Shown here one piece after another: positions 14,426-29,174 of a DNA stretch of 64,000 nt (position 1 is its first letter; the number at the start of each line of letters is the position of its first letter). A program made the position numbers and the translations under genes. The notes below the pieces were generated by a model, which had not been told where the DNA came from, ran no database searches, and saw nothing but the letters and a program-made list of their open reading frames with translations. The DNA comes from Glycera tridactyla (lineage: Eukaryota): positions 27,528,001 through 27,592,000 of the forward strand of contig OZ286462.1 of assembly GCA_965644265.1 (NCBI GenBank), read 5' to 3'.

Positions 14426-16095
14426 TCACTCAGACACAGACTCCAGACAAATCGCATCAATGGCTAATGATGAGTTTCAAATGGAGGGAGACACAAGATT
14501 ACCATCATTCTGGACTGCATTCACTCTCTCTTTCCAATTAGCCAATCTCACGGCAGCACTCCTCAATGCCTAAGGTAGAAGTAGCCAATTTGCAAGAACA
14601 GAATGAGTGGAAATGACTAATGGCAAAAGAGATGAGAATGCCGTAGCAGATTATACATTTTTGTCTTATACTTGTAGCCATCCCTGAGAATGAACTGAAG
14701 GATTACAAATGATCACCATGGTAAATGAATGGCACGAAGTGGTCTAACAATAAGTCACCACATTTTTAGATTTATTTTTGTGGTCTTCCAAGATATTCAT
14801 CACTACACAATACAGACATGAAAAATTGCCATATTTTACAGCACCTGTAGGAGAATTGGCTATTCTGTGCATATAAAAATGATGACATATGTGCTTCAGC
14901 AGTATGTAAAGACAAAATCTATGCATCACACCGCCTAAAAGTTGTGTGCCAAGATGAGATTTATGTATAAATTTGTCAAGAACCTTGACCTTCGAAAGAA
15001 ATGATACGTGAACAATGATGACGATTTTCAGAAAATTTCTTGGAAAAATAGAATTTTTGAATTCTTCAACATATTCTCAGAATTATCCATTGATATCCAA
15101 GACTCAAATACATATTCATTGTCATAATCCCAATCCTAAATGAGGAAGCAAGTGACAGATTTGTTTATTATGCATACAAAAATCACATAGATAATGAATG
15201 ATTTTTTAGCATCATCTGTATGAAGGTTTTAGGTTTAATACTGACAAATGGATATCCTATTATAATCTATGCTGAATAGAGTCAAGGCACTAAGCAACAG
15301 TGTGTACTCAAGAAAAAAGTCAGTACCCTCCCGTCAGTTTAAGTATGATCTTTTGATAGAGCTCGTTTGCGATCCTGCTATTTCCCCAATCACAAGTCTA
15401 ATATCACTCGCACATCCGTGTGCATCGGATATTTGAATTGACAGGTACATCAATTACCTGCAATTACTCCATAAAATATCATACCCAGATAATAGGGGAG
15501 ATGTGCCATGTCCTGATATATACTAGTCTGTGCATTTATCTGGAATCATGCCAGAATTACACTGCTTTACAGTTAATAGAACTCCAAATAGCTTCATTTC
15601 ATCCTTCGCCATTTATATCACAATTTTTTTTCATCATTGATACTGCGCCCAAGGCAGGCAATATTCTTTACAATCTGTCCAGTTTCTCTACCTGATATGT
15701 GTAGGCTATTGATCAAGATGTTGCAAGTGTTATAGAATTTTCACTGAAATTCCAACCATCATATATTGAATAAGTATGAGAATATGATTTTTGATGCACT
15801 ATATAATATAGAAATGTTGATGATTTGTATCAGAAATTTTATGAAGATCCATGTAGGATTCTGGAAATGCATAAATTGCGAGAAAGATTCATGACTTCAT
15901 ATTAGAGAGAGTTGACATCTCTGTAATACAGTGGGACCTGCAACAAGCAAGCACATGCAATCCCCGAGAAATTGGTCCCTTGAGAGTAATGCTTGTTGGT
16001 TGCTGTGTTCTGGAACAAAAATCTTGCTTAGCAAAGGCGATCACTCATCTCAGGCTTGCTCAACACAGGACTCATCGTATACACAAAACCAAATA

Positions 16096-16273
16096 CAGTC
16101 GAACCTCCCTATAAAGACCGCCTTCGGTCGCATCAAAATGTGGTCTCTATAGGGAGGTGGTCTTTATAGAGAGGTCATTTACTGTTGAAAATACTACCAC
16201 GGTCGCAGTTCAGGGCGGTCTTTATAGGGAGGTGGTCTTAATAGAGAGGTGGTCTTTAGAGGAGGTTCGACTG
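16096..16273. mobile_element. MITE family 1, full length 178 bp (orientation B)
   Basis: TA|CAGTCGAACCTCC...GGAGGTTCGACTG|TA; perfect 13-bp TIR and TA duplication. Confidence 0.92.
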
Positions 16274-16337
16274 TACTACATGAAATACTCTCTATATTAC
16301 GCCTTCTGTGGTCTGCACTTCTTTTCAGATTTGTAAA

Positions 16338-16521
16338 CAGTGATGTCATTGGGATTAAGCTGAATTTTCGGAAATATTAAAACTCATTCTGAAACTAACC
16401 CCACATATCATCAAATGTATTTGTTCTGAAAACTCCCAACCGCATTTTAGCAATTTCTGAAATTATTATTTTTCACTCAATTTTCAGATTTCTGAAAATT
16501 TTCAGAAAATTGGTATCACTG
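16338..16521. mobile_element. MITE family 2 (CAGTG...CACTG, about 180 bp), flanked by the 6-bp direct repeat TGTAAA
   Basis: TGTAAA|CAGTGATG...TTGGTATCACTG|TGTAAA; shared core AAATGTATTTGTTCTGAAAACTCCCA. Confidence 0.75.
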
Positions 16522-18968
16522 TGTAAAGAAAGGCAAAGTGATGATAACTAAAATGTTTGGACACGTGGGGTGATGCAGCATGCTTGTGACATTCTAGGTG
16601 CCAGAAATGGCGATGTATATTTGACAGTGGAAAGTCATTTCAAGGTCAATCCTAATTGCAAATCCAGACCTGGAGGCCCCATATGAACTCAACTGTCCAG
16701 AACTGAACTTGGACCCAAGTGGGTCAATACTGTATTTTCCTCTCGACATGAGGGTCATGTTCTACTTTTAAAAGCTGGCAAAGAAATTAGGTCTGTTCAC
16801 AAGCCAATTCAAAATCTCATGCAACTCAGCAATAATTTAGACAGTAATATAACCACTAGTCAAAACACTGATGAGAAAATTATTCTGTCGAGATCAACAA
16901 GCATAAACTCGTCCAAATATTGCCACAAACAACATAATAAACCACATGACCTAATGTTCTGCAAACGAAAGGGCAAAACTAGCTTCAGGCTGAAATGTGT
17001 GCACTACCCTTACAAAGCCTTCTGCTTTGCCTGGTTCTATAATTCCCAGTCATCATCATTATCATTTTGTTTATACTATGACTGACAGTGAAACTGTTCA
17101 CATACAGCATGTCATGACAGGCATACTGAACCCAGTTCTCTGCGCACCTGTGACATCAACTAAAATAGATTCAAATAATTTTTTGAAGAAATAGGCAAAA
17201 TTGGAGGACTTTATAATAAGATGAATCAGGGCCGTTTAGTCAGGCATTGATGGTTTTCATACATAATATGCCTTGACAGTTATAAAGGCACGCATATAAT
17301 TGGCCTCTTCACATGGTTGAATTCAAATGCAATTATACTTCTACAATTTTGATGTCATTCTGGATCACATTCTCATCTTTTTATCAAAATGTTCAAGAGG
17401 TAAACTGCATGCAAGAAGAGCTACATGATGGTTACAAATTTTTACGAACTATGAGAAAGAAGGGGAGTCTCAAAATCGCAACTTGAACCAGCTGAACATT
17501 TGAACACAATGATTTTTTCATTTCCGAGTGAACTAGGAAGTGGATGATGAAAGTGCAGACAGCGATAAAAAAAATCAGCTAGTGAATCCATGATATCTAA
17601 AGAAGACAAAAGATTGCACTGAAACTAGGAAAGGCGAACAAAGGTAGAGAGAGGCAAATGAAATGAAATCAGGACTTCTGTGTGTTTGGCTGCGGTGTCA
17701 TGACGTATGCGTGGAGGAAAAAACCTGTCACAAGAATGCCATAAATGGCGAGCAATATATGTTAATGTCCTCCCGGAATAGCCTGGTACCCTTTCATTAG
17801 GGACAGGGACAAGGAGAGGAGCAGCCATTAACCGGCTCCAGCCCATTTACTTCTTGGGGGAGCTAATGAAATCCTCGATGGCGACAGGGCGTCAACTTCG
17901 CCTCGTGTATTCAGTCAACAAACACAGCGGTTACCTTTCATCCTAAAAAGTAGTACAGCCAGTGCACACGAGCTATGTCTAACCATCTTCAAATGACCCA
18001 CTTCTAATGGTCAATGAGTGGGTGTAGAAATGTACAGGACAGTAACCCAAAAAAGTATGAAGACAAATAGGACAATGAACATTAAGAACTGACTTATGAC
18101 ACATGCTGTGATTCATGAACGAGTCACCAAATGTAAAGAGGGAGATCACTCAATCTAGGGGCTGATAACAATATTCATTAAGCATATCAATATTAATGTT
18201 CAGGTATTACTCTTCTACATTTCAATTCAGTGCAAACATGGAATTATTCAGCCACTTTATACATGGAGTTGCACCCAAGTTAACTGAGAGCTAGCCCAAG
18301 ATAGAGCCACCAACAGCTCCTGAGCTAGTTTGCAAGCCTCCCCTCATCGTACTGAGGTATATTTTGATATCATTACAAACGGCCTCACAAGGGGTTACTT
18401 CCACATTATTCCATAAGAATGTGTGATCCCATACATAATTATTGGTTTTGGTGTTTGGGACTTTTGTGTTGGTAACCTATTTGTGGTCAGTCGCGACCTC
18501 AAGCAAACCTGCCTGCCGCTGTCTTTGATCTTCACAAATCTCAGCCATTAGACGACATAGGAAGACATTTCACCAAATACAGTGCCACCCTACAAATGTT
18601 ACTTGTCCTTCCGATAAGACATCTCTGCATCAGTGGTGAAAAGACATTGGAAAGGTGCAAATACAGATACCAGAGTGACTGCATTTCCTAGTCGGATGTG
18701 ATTTATCATATGACAAAAGGAAGAGCGTATAAGCAAACGCTGATAAGTCAGAGTGCAGAATAGTGGCGGCGACATTTGATGTTGAAACCTGATGACAGTT
18801 TTAACGAAATGACTGCTATTGTTCACAATTATTTTCAGTGAGTGAAATGAGATATAAACAGAGGTGTAAGTGCCTGATACCAAACATTTGACCTAAAATT
18901 GTTTCATCTTGAACCAATGTTATCCCCTTTATTGACACTTTTCAATGTTTTCTCCAAGTCAGTAATGG

Positions 18969-19132
18969 CAGGCGATGAGATGAAGCCGAAATTTAGAAGT
19001 ACAGTTTGATTTGCTTATATTTCCCAACATATTACCAAAAGTATCCATTCTGAGACTCCCAGCCACATTGCAATTTCTCACTTTCAATTTCTATCCCAAA
19101 TTTCAGAATTCCAAAGAATTTCGGCATCACTG
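18969..19132. mobile_element. MITE family 2, diverged copy
   Basis: Core AAAAGTATCCATTCTGAGACTCCCA and right end TTCGGCATCACTG; left end degenerate; no TSD recognisable. Confidence 0.55.
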
Positions 19133-22100
19133 CAGAGTGAACAGATCCTTTTAGACTCCACTCTCAAGAAAAATTCTATTGAAAATGGAATACATGCAAA
19201 TTATGTTCTAAGCTTCATGATCTCCAATCCATCTGACCTCTATCAATAGCAGTTTGGGGATGAAGATCAGGGATGGATATTTGCCTCATATAGCTGCCTG
19301 CAAGCAGCATCCCAGTGTATCCATGGTGATTGTCAAAGATAGAGTGAGCCTCATGAGAATTCCAACTTAATCACCTGTTTGATCTGACACCTGTAATTTC
19401 TGCAGCCGGCTTGATTCCATTGTCAAGCTTGCCTGTCACAGGGGAGTAAGACACCCCTAAGAAGGTCCCATTACCAATACGTAGAATTCCCCATGTTCAT
19501 CTCAAATTTTCACTCCACCTATCTTGCAAAATAGATCAACTAAACCTGAATTATTCCCGATATGTATAACTGTACCATGTATTATCATTCAAAGAGTACC
19601 GCCTTCTGAATAATTCTGCAAATTCTCGAATTTTGCTCTTCGAAATATGGCATAAACACAGAAGTCTCCCACTTTTACATTAGCTGGTATTGTCCCTTCA
19701 GCGGAGAACAGATGCCCTTCTTTAAAAGGCCTAAGATTGGTGATGAGGAAGAGCACAAGTAAGATGTGCTGTGATGCCCAGCGGTCTGCTTTGATCACAG
19801 ACCTGTACAAATGTTCTTGTACGCATTAAGTAACTGAGTTCAACCGATGCCTGGTTGATGGTGAAATACAAATTGATGCATTTAAGTCAGGCTGCATCTG
19901 GAGAAGGAAATGGGAGCTACGAATTTCAAGTACTTTCATTTGAATAAAATATTTCTGTTTGAATAACGGATCTGGAATCCGATTTTTCCTACCAGTACTC
20001 AGCTAGTTGTTATTCATATAAAGTGACACATGATACACCCAATCCTATGCAAAAAATTCAGCATGAAGCAAGAAATTCGAAATTTCTTTGTTCTTGGTGG
20101 AAAGTATGACACTACAAGAATAGTGATTCTCAGAAGAGATGTCAACTAAATGCGTACACAGTTAAATCCGTCCTAGGCAGCCATCTGTCTTAATCACTGC
20201 TACATTTCCCACTGATTTTTTCCCCATAATATTCCACCTCATCTGCCCTGCCCAGCAACTTGTTGACCTTTGCAAAAAAGGATGCTATGGGCAGACGAGA
20301 GATTTTAGTAAAATTATGAATCCTTTGTGTCCTTTCATTTTGGCTATATTTGAGTGTAGCATGGAACATGAATGAGATGGAACCATTTGGTGAAAATAAT
20401 GGCACACTGCAAACTGTGCTGTTGGCACTCTAGACAAAATATGAAAGGATCATTTATATGATGAAAACTTCTGAGGGCCAATAGAAGTGAGAATGAGTTA
20501 GCAAGTTCCCAGAATAAACACATGGAAAGCTGGTGAATGTAAGTGAATCCCGGTGAGGAGGGTTCATCAATGCAGCTCGGACAAGAGGATGCTTTAAGAG
20601 CTTTCACACCTATCGGCCACCATTCTCTCCACCTTCCTGCTATTCTCTCCACCATCGACTGCCAGCTCTGTCCGCCACACAGAGCAACATGGTTCACCGG
20701 GTCTTTGATGACTTTGTTACATCATGCTCGCCTCTCCCATAAAGTGTATCACCTTTCTACTATCTCTCGGCAGTCACCTGACACCCTATTGTTATTCTTT
20801 AACCTTCTCCTCATGTTGCTTCACACGTAGACGAAGGAAGGGTGTGGGGAATGTTCCTGAAGCTACCGACACCCTACACAGCTGTTGCCAGCAGTCACTT
20901 AAAACGATGCCAATTAGGAAGTGAACAACTTGGCGACAACCGAAGCTGAAATTCACCATGTGAAAATTTATGCTCTGATCACCTGGTCACAGATGTATAA
21001 TGAGTTCCAAAAAGCAAATATTACAGTAGAAGTGATGTATCTTCTCATACATGCACAGGTGGTATACGGAATACTGTATTCACATTTTGGGTTGAATCCA
21101 CGTGATCCTTGCATGAAAGAGGCAGTGAAAGAGTCCGTGCGGGACAAAGCTTGGGGCTTATCTGTCTTGTCGATCAGTCTGATGTAAGACAGCACCTGAA
21201 TAATTTGGAGAAGTTAACGAGATAGCTCAATCACTCTGACCTTTCCATCCCGTCTCCATGAAAATAATCACCAAAATTTACAATTTCAAACATACATCAA
21301 ACCATGAAAGCAAAAATTCAAATAAAAAAGATGCAACACTATGTCCATACAATCACAGAATATTGTGATCAGAAATGGTACCAAATATAAAAGCAGCGGG
21401 GGTTCCTGGGATATTTATTGTTTCTTTTGAGGTTGATGGTTTACTATTACAGCCTGGGGCAGGGAGAGTTGTTAAGATGCTTCTGGTCCTCTAACTCCAC
21501 CTGCTGAAAGTCAAGCCAGCATCTCCTGTATACAGACAACTCTTAACTGCATTGTTAGATTACTCAATGAAACCACGAACATCCGTATCTGGTTTTCAAC
21601 ACTGCCTTAGTGAACTGATCAAAGAAGTCATCTGCATTTTGGGAGACCACTCGAAATGGGCACTTGCCATTTAGGATGTAATGAGGATGAGTTCTTTCAA
21701 GTGACTCCATTGGCGGTAGATATAATCTTCTCAAAATTACACAATACAAGAGATGAAACAATCCGAGGACTGCCGGGCACTAGTCACCACCATTTCAACA
21801 ATATGCCACTTGAAAGGGTTTAAGTGTCATTTTCGCCAGTGGAATATTGAATGACAAGACAGACACTACAATTATGACTTTTGCAAGGTCAGCAAACTTG
21901 TTGTTGTGGTACAGACTTCCTCAAAAATAGGAGAATGAGAATTGGACAAAATCTGAACTCACCAACATTGACTCAATTACCCCATAGCATTTGTTTCAGC
22001 AAGTGGTATAAATACAAAGGTACAAATTGATGAACTTGGTACTTCTCAGCAGAAGCGAAAGTCAACATTGATATCTAAAAAATGGCAGGTAACGGAACAC

Positions 22101-23138
22101 AATTTAGCAAAAGTTTCAATAATTGGAGTTCACTTACATCTGGCAGGCCACAATTACTTGTATAGTTGACAGACTTAAGGCTCATGACCATGCCAAAATA
22201 CCATCACTTGAGAACAACTAATAACTGGTGAAATGCGGGGGAAAAAATGGTGAAATGGGGCACTCTCATTAGAGAGGACTTTTTCACTTGGATTTTGCAA
22301 GCAAGGATGTATATACATTTGAAAAATGGCAGTCTGGTACTTTTTCTAGATAGAGTCGCATCGGTATCATCCATTTTCGCAATCGTGCCTTACATCAGAC
22401 TCACCTATCTTAGTGCTCCATCAGTGCGGGGCATTTCACGCATTCCATCATATTCCCTCCAATCATCTCTCGGGACTAAAATAAACCTGGCCGCTGATTG
22501 TTTTTAAATGAGATGTCATTTCGCATTGTTCTATTTACGCTGTTCCCATGCGACCAACGCTGGCAAACCTGTTGATGAGTTAATGTGGGTAAAACCAGCG
22601 CTGGCATTTATCTCTGCAATCTCCACTCATCAATCGACTCCACAACCAGACTGCTTTAACACGTTATACCCTGAATTATATGTCGAAGCGTAAACCTAAC
22701 TGTGTCACTGATCCAACAAATCAAGCAATGAGACAGATTCCATGATCCGCATATATTGAAAGATCATAATTTTGTTCTTGGGAATCTTCAATATTAACGT
22801 CGTACCAAATGTGTTTCATTATCGATACGTGATTTTTCATGAACTTATTCACCATTTTGGTAGACTCACCCCCCCCCCCCCCCCCCTCGGCAAAAGCGAA
22901 ATGAGTATCAAATGACCTATTGCATAACAGGCCCTCATGCCTCAATATAACCTTGACATGTATCCTGAGCAAGTTTTACCACTACTTTTATCACACCTAC
23001 CATCTAGTCTTGCCCCAACTGCTTTTATTGATGACATAAGTTTGGGCAAATCTGCAACATTAGACAATGTCTTTCCCACTCACCACGTAGGCAGCCATAA
23101 ATGGTACCACCATGTTGATTGTATTCAACATGGATATC

Positions 23139-23300
23139 CAGTCAAACCTGTCAACAGGGGGCCACCCTTGGTTGCATCTAAAGGTGATCTTTGTAGATAG
23201 ATGACCTAGCTTCATGGATACCATTGTGGTCACAGATCACAATGGTGTTTGTGTGCAGGTGCGATTTGTACAGAGGTCGTCTCTCGAGCAGGTTCAACAG
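23139..23300. mobile_element. MITE family 1, diverged (orientation B)
   Basis: CAGTCAAACCTG...CAGGTTCAACAG|TA, with degenerate internal GGTC/GGTG repeats colinear with the 16096 copy. Confidence 0.65.
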
Positions 23301-26300
23301 TATAAGAGTAGGTCAAACACGTGGTGATATCCATTGAGGACATGAGCACTGTACCCAGAAATCAAGAGCAATCCTTCCCTACTTCCCTACTTAGGATGGA
23401 TACAAGTCCTGAGTCCATAGCTGACAGTATTTTTGAAAATTCTATCTAGTACTTTTCTTCTTATGGTCACTCCGTCACAATGTGGAAGAGGTTACACTCA
23501 TTGAAGGGCCTCCTGCTGAGACGATGAGTGGGCACCCGTGTAAGCTCCTAGGTTTCATCCTTGTCAATTGAATCTTCTCTCCTTTCTTTTCACAAACACT
23601 TTCATCACCTAAGCCTTGACATACTTTAAACACAATACTCAGGGATACCACATTCTCTGCGGGCTTGATATGAAGACCCGAACAGACAGCCTCATTGTGG
23701 AAGACAAATATGCATTTGCTATCGGTCGATAAGCAAACAATGATTGCTCAATCAGGCAATATGATGGAAGACACTTTTTCTAAACCAATATTAGGATAAT
23801 CAAAAAAATGTCAATATTCCCCGATTTGTCTTTTTTCCTCTGTTGACTGATCCTAATGAAGTGATCTGTTCTATCCCGCAAGACACACTTTGGCAAATAA
23901 GTCGGACAATACGGAAAATATGAATCAAGTTTTGCCCAACTCGTCGAAGAGTTCCTGAGAGGCAAGCTCAAAACTATCAGCAGTCATAAATCAGTTAGAA
24001 TCTCATCTCTGCTTCACAGCGAGTGGAGAATAACTGGTTACAATACCGCTAAAACAGTTTTATAAGCCTACGGGGCAAGTATGTCGGACAGGTCAATCAT
24101 GAGATATGTTGCTGGTAAAGTGCTTCCCAATTTGGTTAATGCAGTGCTGCGGCTCGTAGCAAGATTACATATGTGACAAGGAAAAGGCTGGTCCCTCTTC
24201 ATCTCCCCAAACTGAGACATGTTCCCTGATGCATGCATTCTGTAACATCATCTGTATTACTATATCTCCGAGGTAGGAATTCAAGACCTATTTTGTCACG
24301 GATACCCATCATTTACAGGCCTAAACACCAGGCGTGGTGAAGTTAACATTTATCATCAAATCAATGGAGTGAGACAAGCAACAAGTGACAAGTGACCCCT
24401 CAACAAGAAACCACATCTGATGGGATACTGATCTTTAATCGTCGAAAATACCTCCGATGAAAATGCCTGTACAAGATTTGAGAGACAACTTGCTGTTGAC
24501 ATTTAGGTTAGTCTCTCATCACAGGTTTCAGCCGAATGCTGCTTCAATGCTTTAGCAGCTTCCTGAACTTGAATATTATGACAAATTTAGTATGCACCCA
24601 TGCCTTATTAATTATTCAACCCATTGGATATATTGTCAATTGTAGCATTTCCTCATTCAAATGAATACAATCACTTGGATATCACCAAATTTCTGATGCT
24701 CACGAAAGCAATGAGTAGATATGGGTGATGAGAATCAATCAGTTAATATGCCGTCGATTTAGCTGAAGGTGAACTTTAAGCCAAACAAAGGAAGCTTCAT
24801 TCGATTTTCATAGCTGAAAATGTGATTTTAGCCAACTGGAAATGATCCAGATACAAACTACTGAGGGATCAGCGAAGTATGAAAGATTTACTGATGGCGG
24901 AACATGCTCGGGGAAGAATGGAGTGGTGAAGTTTCAATACAAGTCACTTTGCGCCAAGCTGTCCGAGGACAAAGCAATTAAAAGCTCACCCACTGCTCCG
25001 CTACTAATGGCTGACACAGCCACTGCTCTCACACCTCCCCTTCATACCTACTCAATAGTAAATCTCCTTTTATTTCCCTCACATTCTGAATTCAGCTACA
25101 ACCTAATGCAGTATGCAATGTATTTGGGGAAGTCCAACATGAACACATACTAGGACCACCACCCCCACAAATGGTTCGCACTAAAATGGGCTACTGAAAA
25201 TGTAGTAAAAACTTGAAAGGTAGATACAACTCAAAGCAATCTTCTGTAGCAAAACAGTGGCCAACTGTTTATCCATGAGGTAGGCCATTGATACAAGACT
25301 TCGTAGAAAGAAAAAGTCTGACTGAATCGCACCAATTCACTGTGCACACTTCATGATGGCGAAATACGGATTTTAAGATGGTATATCCTATCTGTTTACA
25401 TGTGATAGGCAAGCACTATTCAAAGACAAGTTCCAGAACCATTACCCATTACAGCCTGAACTCATGTGAAACTCATGGACCCTAAACCCCATTTAATTGG
25501 CTGAAAAAGTGTAACAATTACTCAGAAAATGCAAAGGTTGGCATCTGATTCGGATGAGGTTGACACCAACTGTGTAACAACTTCACATCACATTTTCACA
25601 GACATGTAAGCATTACAAGCTAATCCCATGAGAGCAGATCCATCAAAAATTCCAAAATAAGCAGGCACTTATGATTGTCCCAATGGACTGAGGTGTGTAT
25701 GGTCTGCTAAATGTGAGTACACCGAACTACTCAACAGTGCGCTATACAGAGTACAGTAAGTGGGAGCCGGGCTCTCCGGGTTGAAAGGAGCTTGCATCAC
25801 ACTCTATTGTACTACAATTAAACGTGAAAAGCTGGGCTGCTCCCCTGGGATCACCACTTACTTAACAATGAAACACACTCAAGTGTTCAACCATGAGTGA
25901 GAGCTTTCACTCAGGCTCTAACGCAGCACAGCTCAGAACACGTGAAATATCACTTTCATCTTTGAAATAGGCAGGTATAACATATAAGTAAATCCTTCAG
26001 AGAGCTACGCACAGGCAGAGTTTGAAGGGCACATGATCGTTACAAATTCATCTGCATTTCACAGTCAGTAACTCTCGAAATTTGGAATATTCACAAATAT
26101 GAGAGTTCCTCTCATACATGGCGACCATATATTACATTCTCTATCGTGATCTTGAATGTTCCTGTATTTTGCTTCTGCTTGTGAACAAAAATAACTATCA
26201 CAACTCTTGTAATGGATGACTTCAAAAATAGTGTAGGTGGTGTCAGTAACTATGATTCTTTGATGTTCAAGGTTGCTATGGTACCCACTGCAGAATCCAA

Positions 26301-28096
26301 AGTAACCAAGAGCTACTACATCTCTTTGAGAGATCTCACATTTTAGTGAATTCTGATGGGGCCAGGAACTGCATTACAACCAAATCATACCTTAATGCCA
26401 AACAATCCCTCATAATGTTTCCCAATTTAGTGGGAGATTCTTCTCACCCTCAATATTCATCACTAGACTTGATCCGATCCCATGAAATCTTGTCATGATT
26501 GAGTCCACAACCTCGGATAGACAGGCAAGTTAGTGCTTGAATGGTTGAGAATATGATCATTGAACACATGCAAATGTTCAAATATTTCTGGTGTTTGTGA
26601 GGATGAAGTCTGAACGACACAAGGCCAGTCAATCTGTGGGAGATGGCAGTAGAGATTCCAGTATTTGACATGTAATTTCCTCATCATGCCAGAACTGTAA
26701 TGGCATGGTTCAAAAGCAATTCTATCCTTTCTCATTGCTTTCTCAACATTTACTACAATCAAGTGGAATTAATTTTCTCAATTTTTGCATGGATCAGGGG
26801 CAGTGGCATAAAACATTACATCACTTCAGTAATAAGAATAAGCCCAAGCTCATTTATTTTCAAAGGTTAATTATTTCTCAAATACATTACTTATTCTTCA
26901 AAGCCCCAATTCTGAGGTTTCCAGCCCGGATGCTGCAACCTATACATTACAATTTTTCTCAAAATTTTAAGAGGTTCAAAAGATTCTCGAAAGATGGTAT
27001 CACAATAGATTGATAGTTGTGCTCTTAAGACATTGATATGTAATTTCCAAAACTCATGACACTGATATCAATATTGGTTACACCAAACAGGCTGCCCACC
27101 TAGGAGAATGACTAACAACACACTGGAAACTGAGTGCTAGCTGTCATTTCAGAGATGTTTGAATTGAGATTTATTTAGAGAAATTCTATTTAGTGTAAAT
27201 ATGGGAGGTAATATGTGGCTGATAGGGATGCTAACATGTGTGCATGAGGGGTGGGAGGGGGTACAGCTTACAATAGAGATCAATACATGATATAGCGTAT
27301 ATCTATGTACATGTATATAACATGCCATGCGGGCGAAGTGACACCAGCTGCTCCCATCTCCACAATAGGCAGCCTCACTTTGACAAAATTATCATGCATG
27401 TGGGATATCCACCAGAAATCTACATGATGGGAGTCTTCTCGATATTCTCAAGTCCACCCAATTAATGTCTTAATATTGTTATTGCATTCAGTATTGAATA
27501 CAGGGAAATCGACCAGAGGAGAGCCCTTGAGAAGAGACCATCTATTTGAAAGATAACATCCAAAATCTTTTGGTTTTTCTTACATGTCTACATCTACGGC
27601 AACTACATGACCCATTGTCATGTGAAACCATTTCTGCAACTATTGAGGCTAGTTTTTGTTCATGGACCTCACCAGGAAAATGAATTGCTTCAAATTTGAT
27701 TTTGCAATGTTTTATTGTGTAGATTGTCCAATATATTCGACAGTTGACACCATCTTCTGTTACACCAAATTTTGTGAATTTGGCGAGTAATGTAACCGAA
27801 GTATAATCATGAAGAGCTTTCAATAAATATGGCGGCCCTGATGTGGAGTCCAAATCACATTGTCTATAGACAGCTGTAGTCAAACCTGTGACAGTGACAC
27901 AACATCCACTTCACCAACTGGCTCACTGTATATAATTAGAAAGCATGTTAGACAATGGTAGCCCCCCATCCTGACATTCCCCCATCCAGGGTATCCACTG
28001 GGGGACATTTCACAAGGAAATCATATCAACTCAACATGCTGTGCAGACAAATTCCTGAAGCACACCGGAGGAGTGAATGACAATGCTCACTGGAAA

Positions 28097-28269
28097 TAGT
28101 CAATCCACTTGAGACCACCTCTATATATAGGATACCTGTCTATGAAGGCCAATCTGAGCTGCAACTGTGATGGCATTTTACAGTAAGCAACCCCTGGACA
28201 GAGACCACCTGTCTACAATGACCAATTTTCAATGCAACCATGGATGGTTTTTGTAGAGAGGTTCAACCA
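28097..28269. mobile_element. MITE family 1, diverged (orientation A)
   Basis: TAGTCAATCC...GAGACCACCTCTATA...CTGAGCTGCAAC...GAGACCACCTGTCTAC...GAGAGGTTCAACCA, colinear with the 10708 copy. Confidence 0.65.
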
Positions 28270-28678
28270 TACATGACATTACTCTAGAGTGATTTGGATC
28301 TCTCTCATTCGCGATGCTTTTCTAGAAAGCCCTCAGCGAGCACTTCATCATCATGCAATGACCAACTCAGTGGAAGAATCCACCCCCCCACCCCCCGCTT
28401 CCCCCCCCCCCCCATGTTCAGATATATATTCCGTCATCACTGATAGAGTAATAAATGCCTGAATGCACATCATTGATTCATCCGCCATTGATTTCCACAT
28501 CAGAGTTTCCACTCAGAAACCACCATATATGATTAATATATAAATAAATGATGTCCCCAGGTTGATACTGAATCCTATATTAGGGGCAGATGATAACAAA
28601 AACTTCAATATTTGCATGACCTGACTGTTTGCGGCCCGGTGTGCATTGGGGCGACCATCATGTAAAACGGTTTTGCTC

Positions 28679-28987
28679 TCACCTGCAACAGTGAAAAATA
28701 TGACATACATCAATCACATGAAATATCGAACGATTACTCATTGCTTTGATAATATTGGCAATAACAGACAACCATGAGTCAACTGCTACAAGTAAAATAT
28801 TGCTGAAAGTATGGTAGATTAGATCATGCAGACCATCACCAGCAACAGTGAAAAATACGACATTACATGAATTCGAAATATTGAAAATTACTAATTGCTT
28901 TGATAACATTGGCAATAACAGACAACCAGTTATCTGCTACAAGTAAAAAATTGCTGAAAGTAGACCAAATTTTGCAGACCTTCACCA
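28679..28987. repeat. Diverged tandem duplication, units 157 and 146 bp
   Basis: TCACC(T/A)GCAACAGTGAAAAATA at 28679 and 28836; shared TTGCTTTGATAA, TTGGCAATAACAGACAACCA, CTGCTACAAGTAAAA, TTGCTGAAAGTA, GCAGACC; third TCACC at 28982. Confidence 0.85.
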
Positions 28988-29174
28988 ATTTTCGAAATAG
29001 TAGTGAATTTACAGATACATGTGTAGTTCTCTAAAATGTCTCTAAATTTCCTAAACTAGGACTCTCAAAGGTATGTGATTTGAGTTTCTAGCAGAATCTA
29101 GTTTTGAGTTGATGCAGCAAACTTCATAAATTTGGAAGATTTTCCAGTTGAAACCACCCTGAAATTATCCCAGC

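Noticed and set aside
13843-14541. ORFs of 64-205 aa around the first gap
   Set aside because: Open only because of TCTG/CT microsatellite and N residues.
18500-18560. DSGR peptide on the minus strand resembling a protocadherin tail motif
   Set aside because: In-frame stop 8 codons upstream, no acceptor, no following acidic or Ser-rich motif.
22405-22475. 71-nt minus segment with TTTTAG acceptor and GTGAGT donor
   Set aside because: Stop codons in all three frames, so it is not a coding tail exon.
27542-27883. 113-aa minus ORF (representative of the 100-120 aa ORFs, also 20344-20830 and 48539-48886)
   Set aside because: Length within chance expectation; no motif or splice-supported structure.
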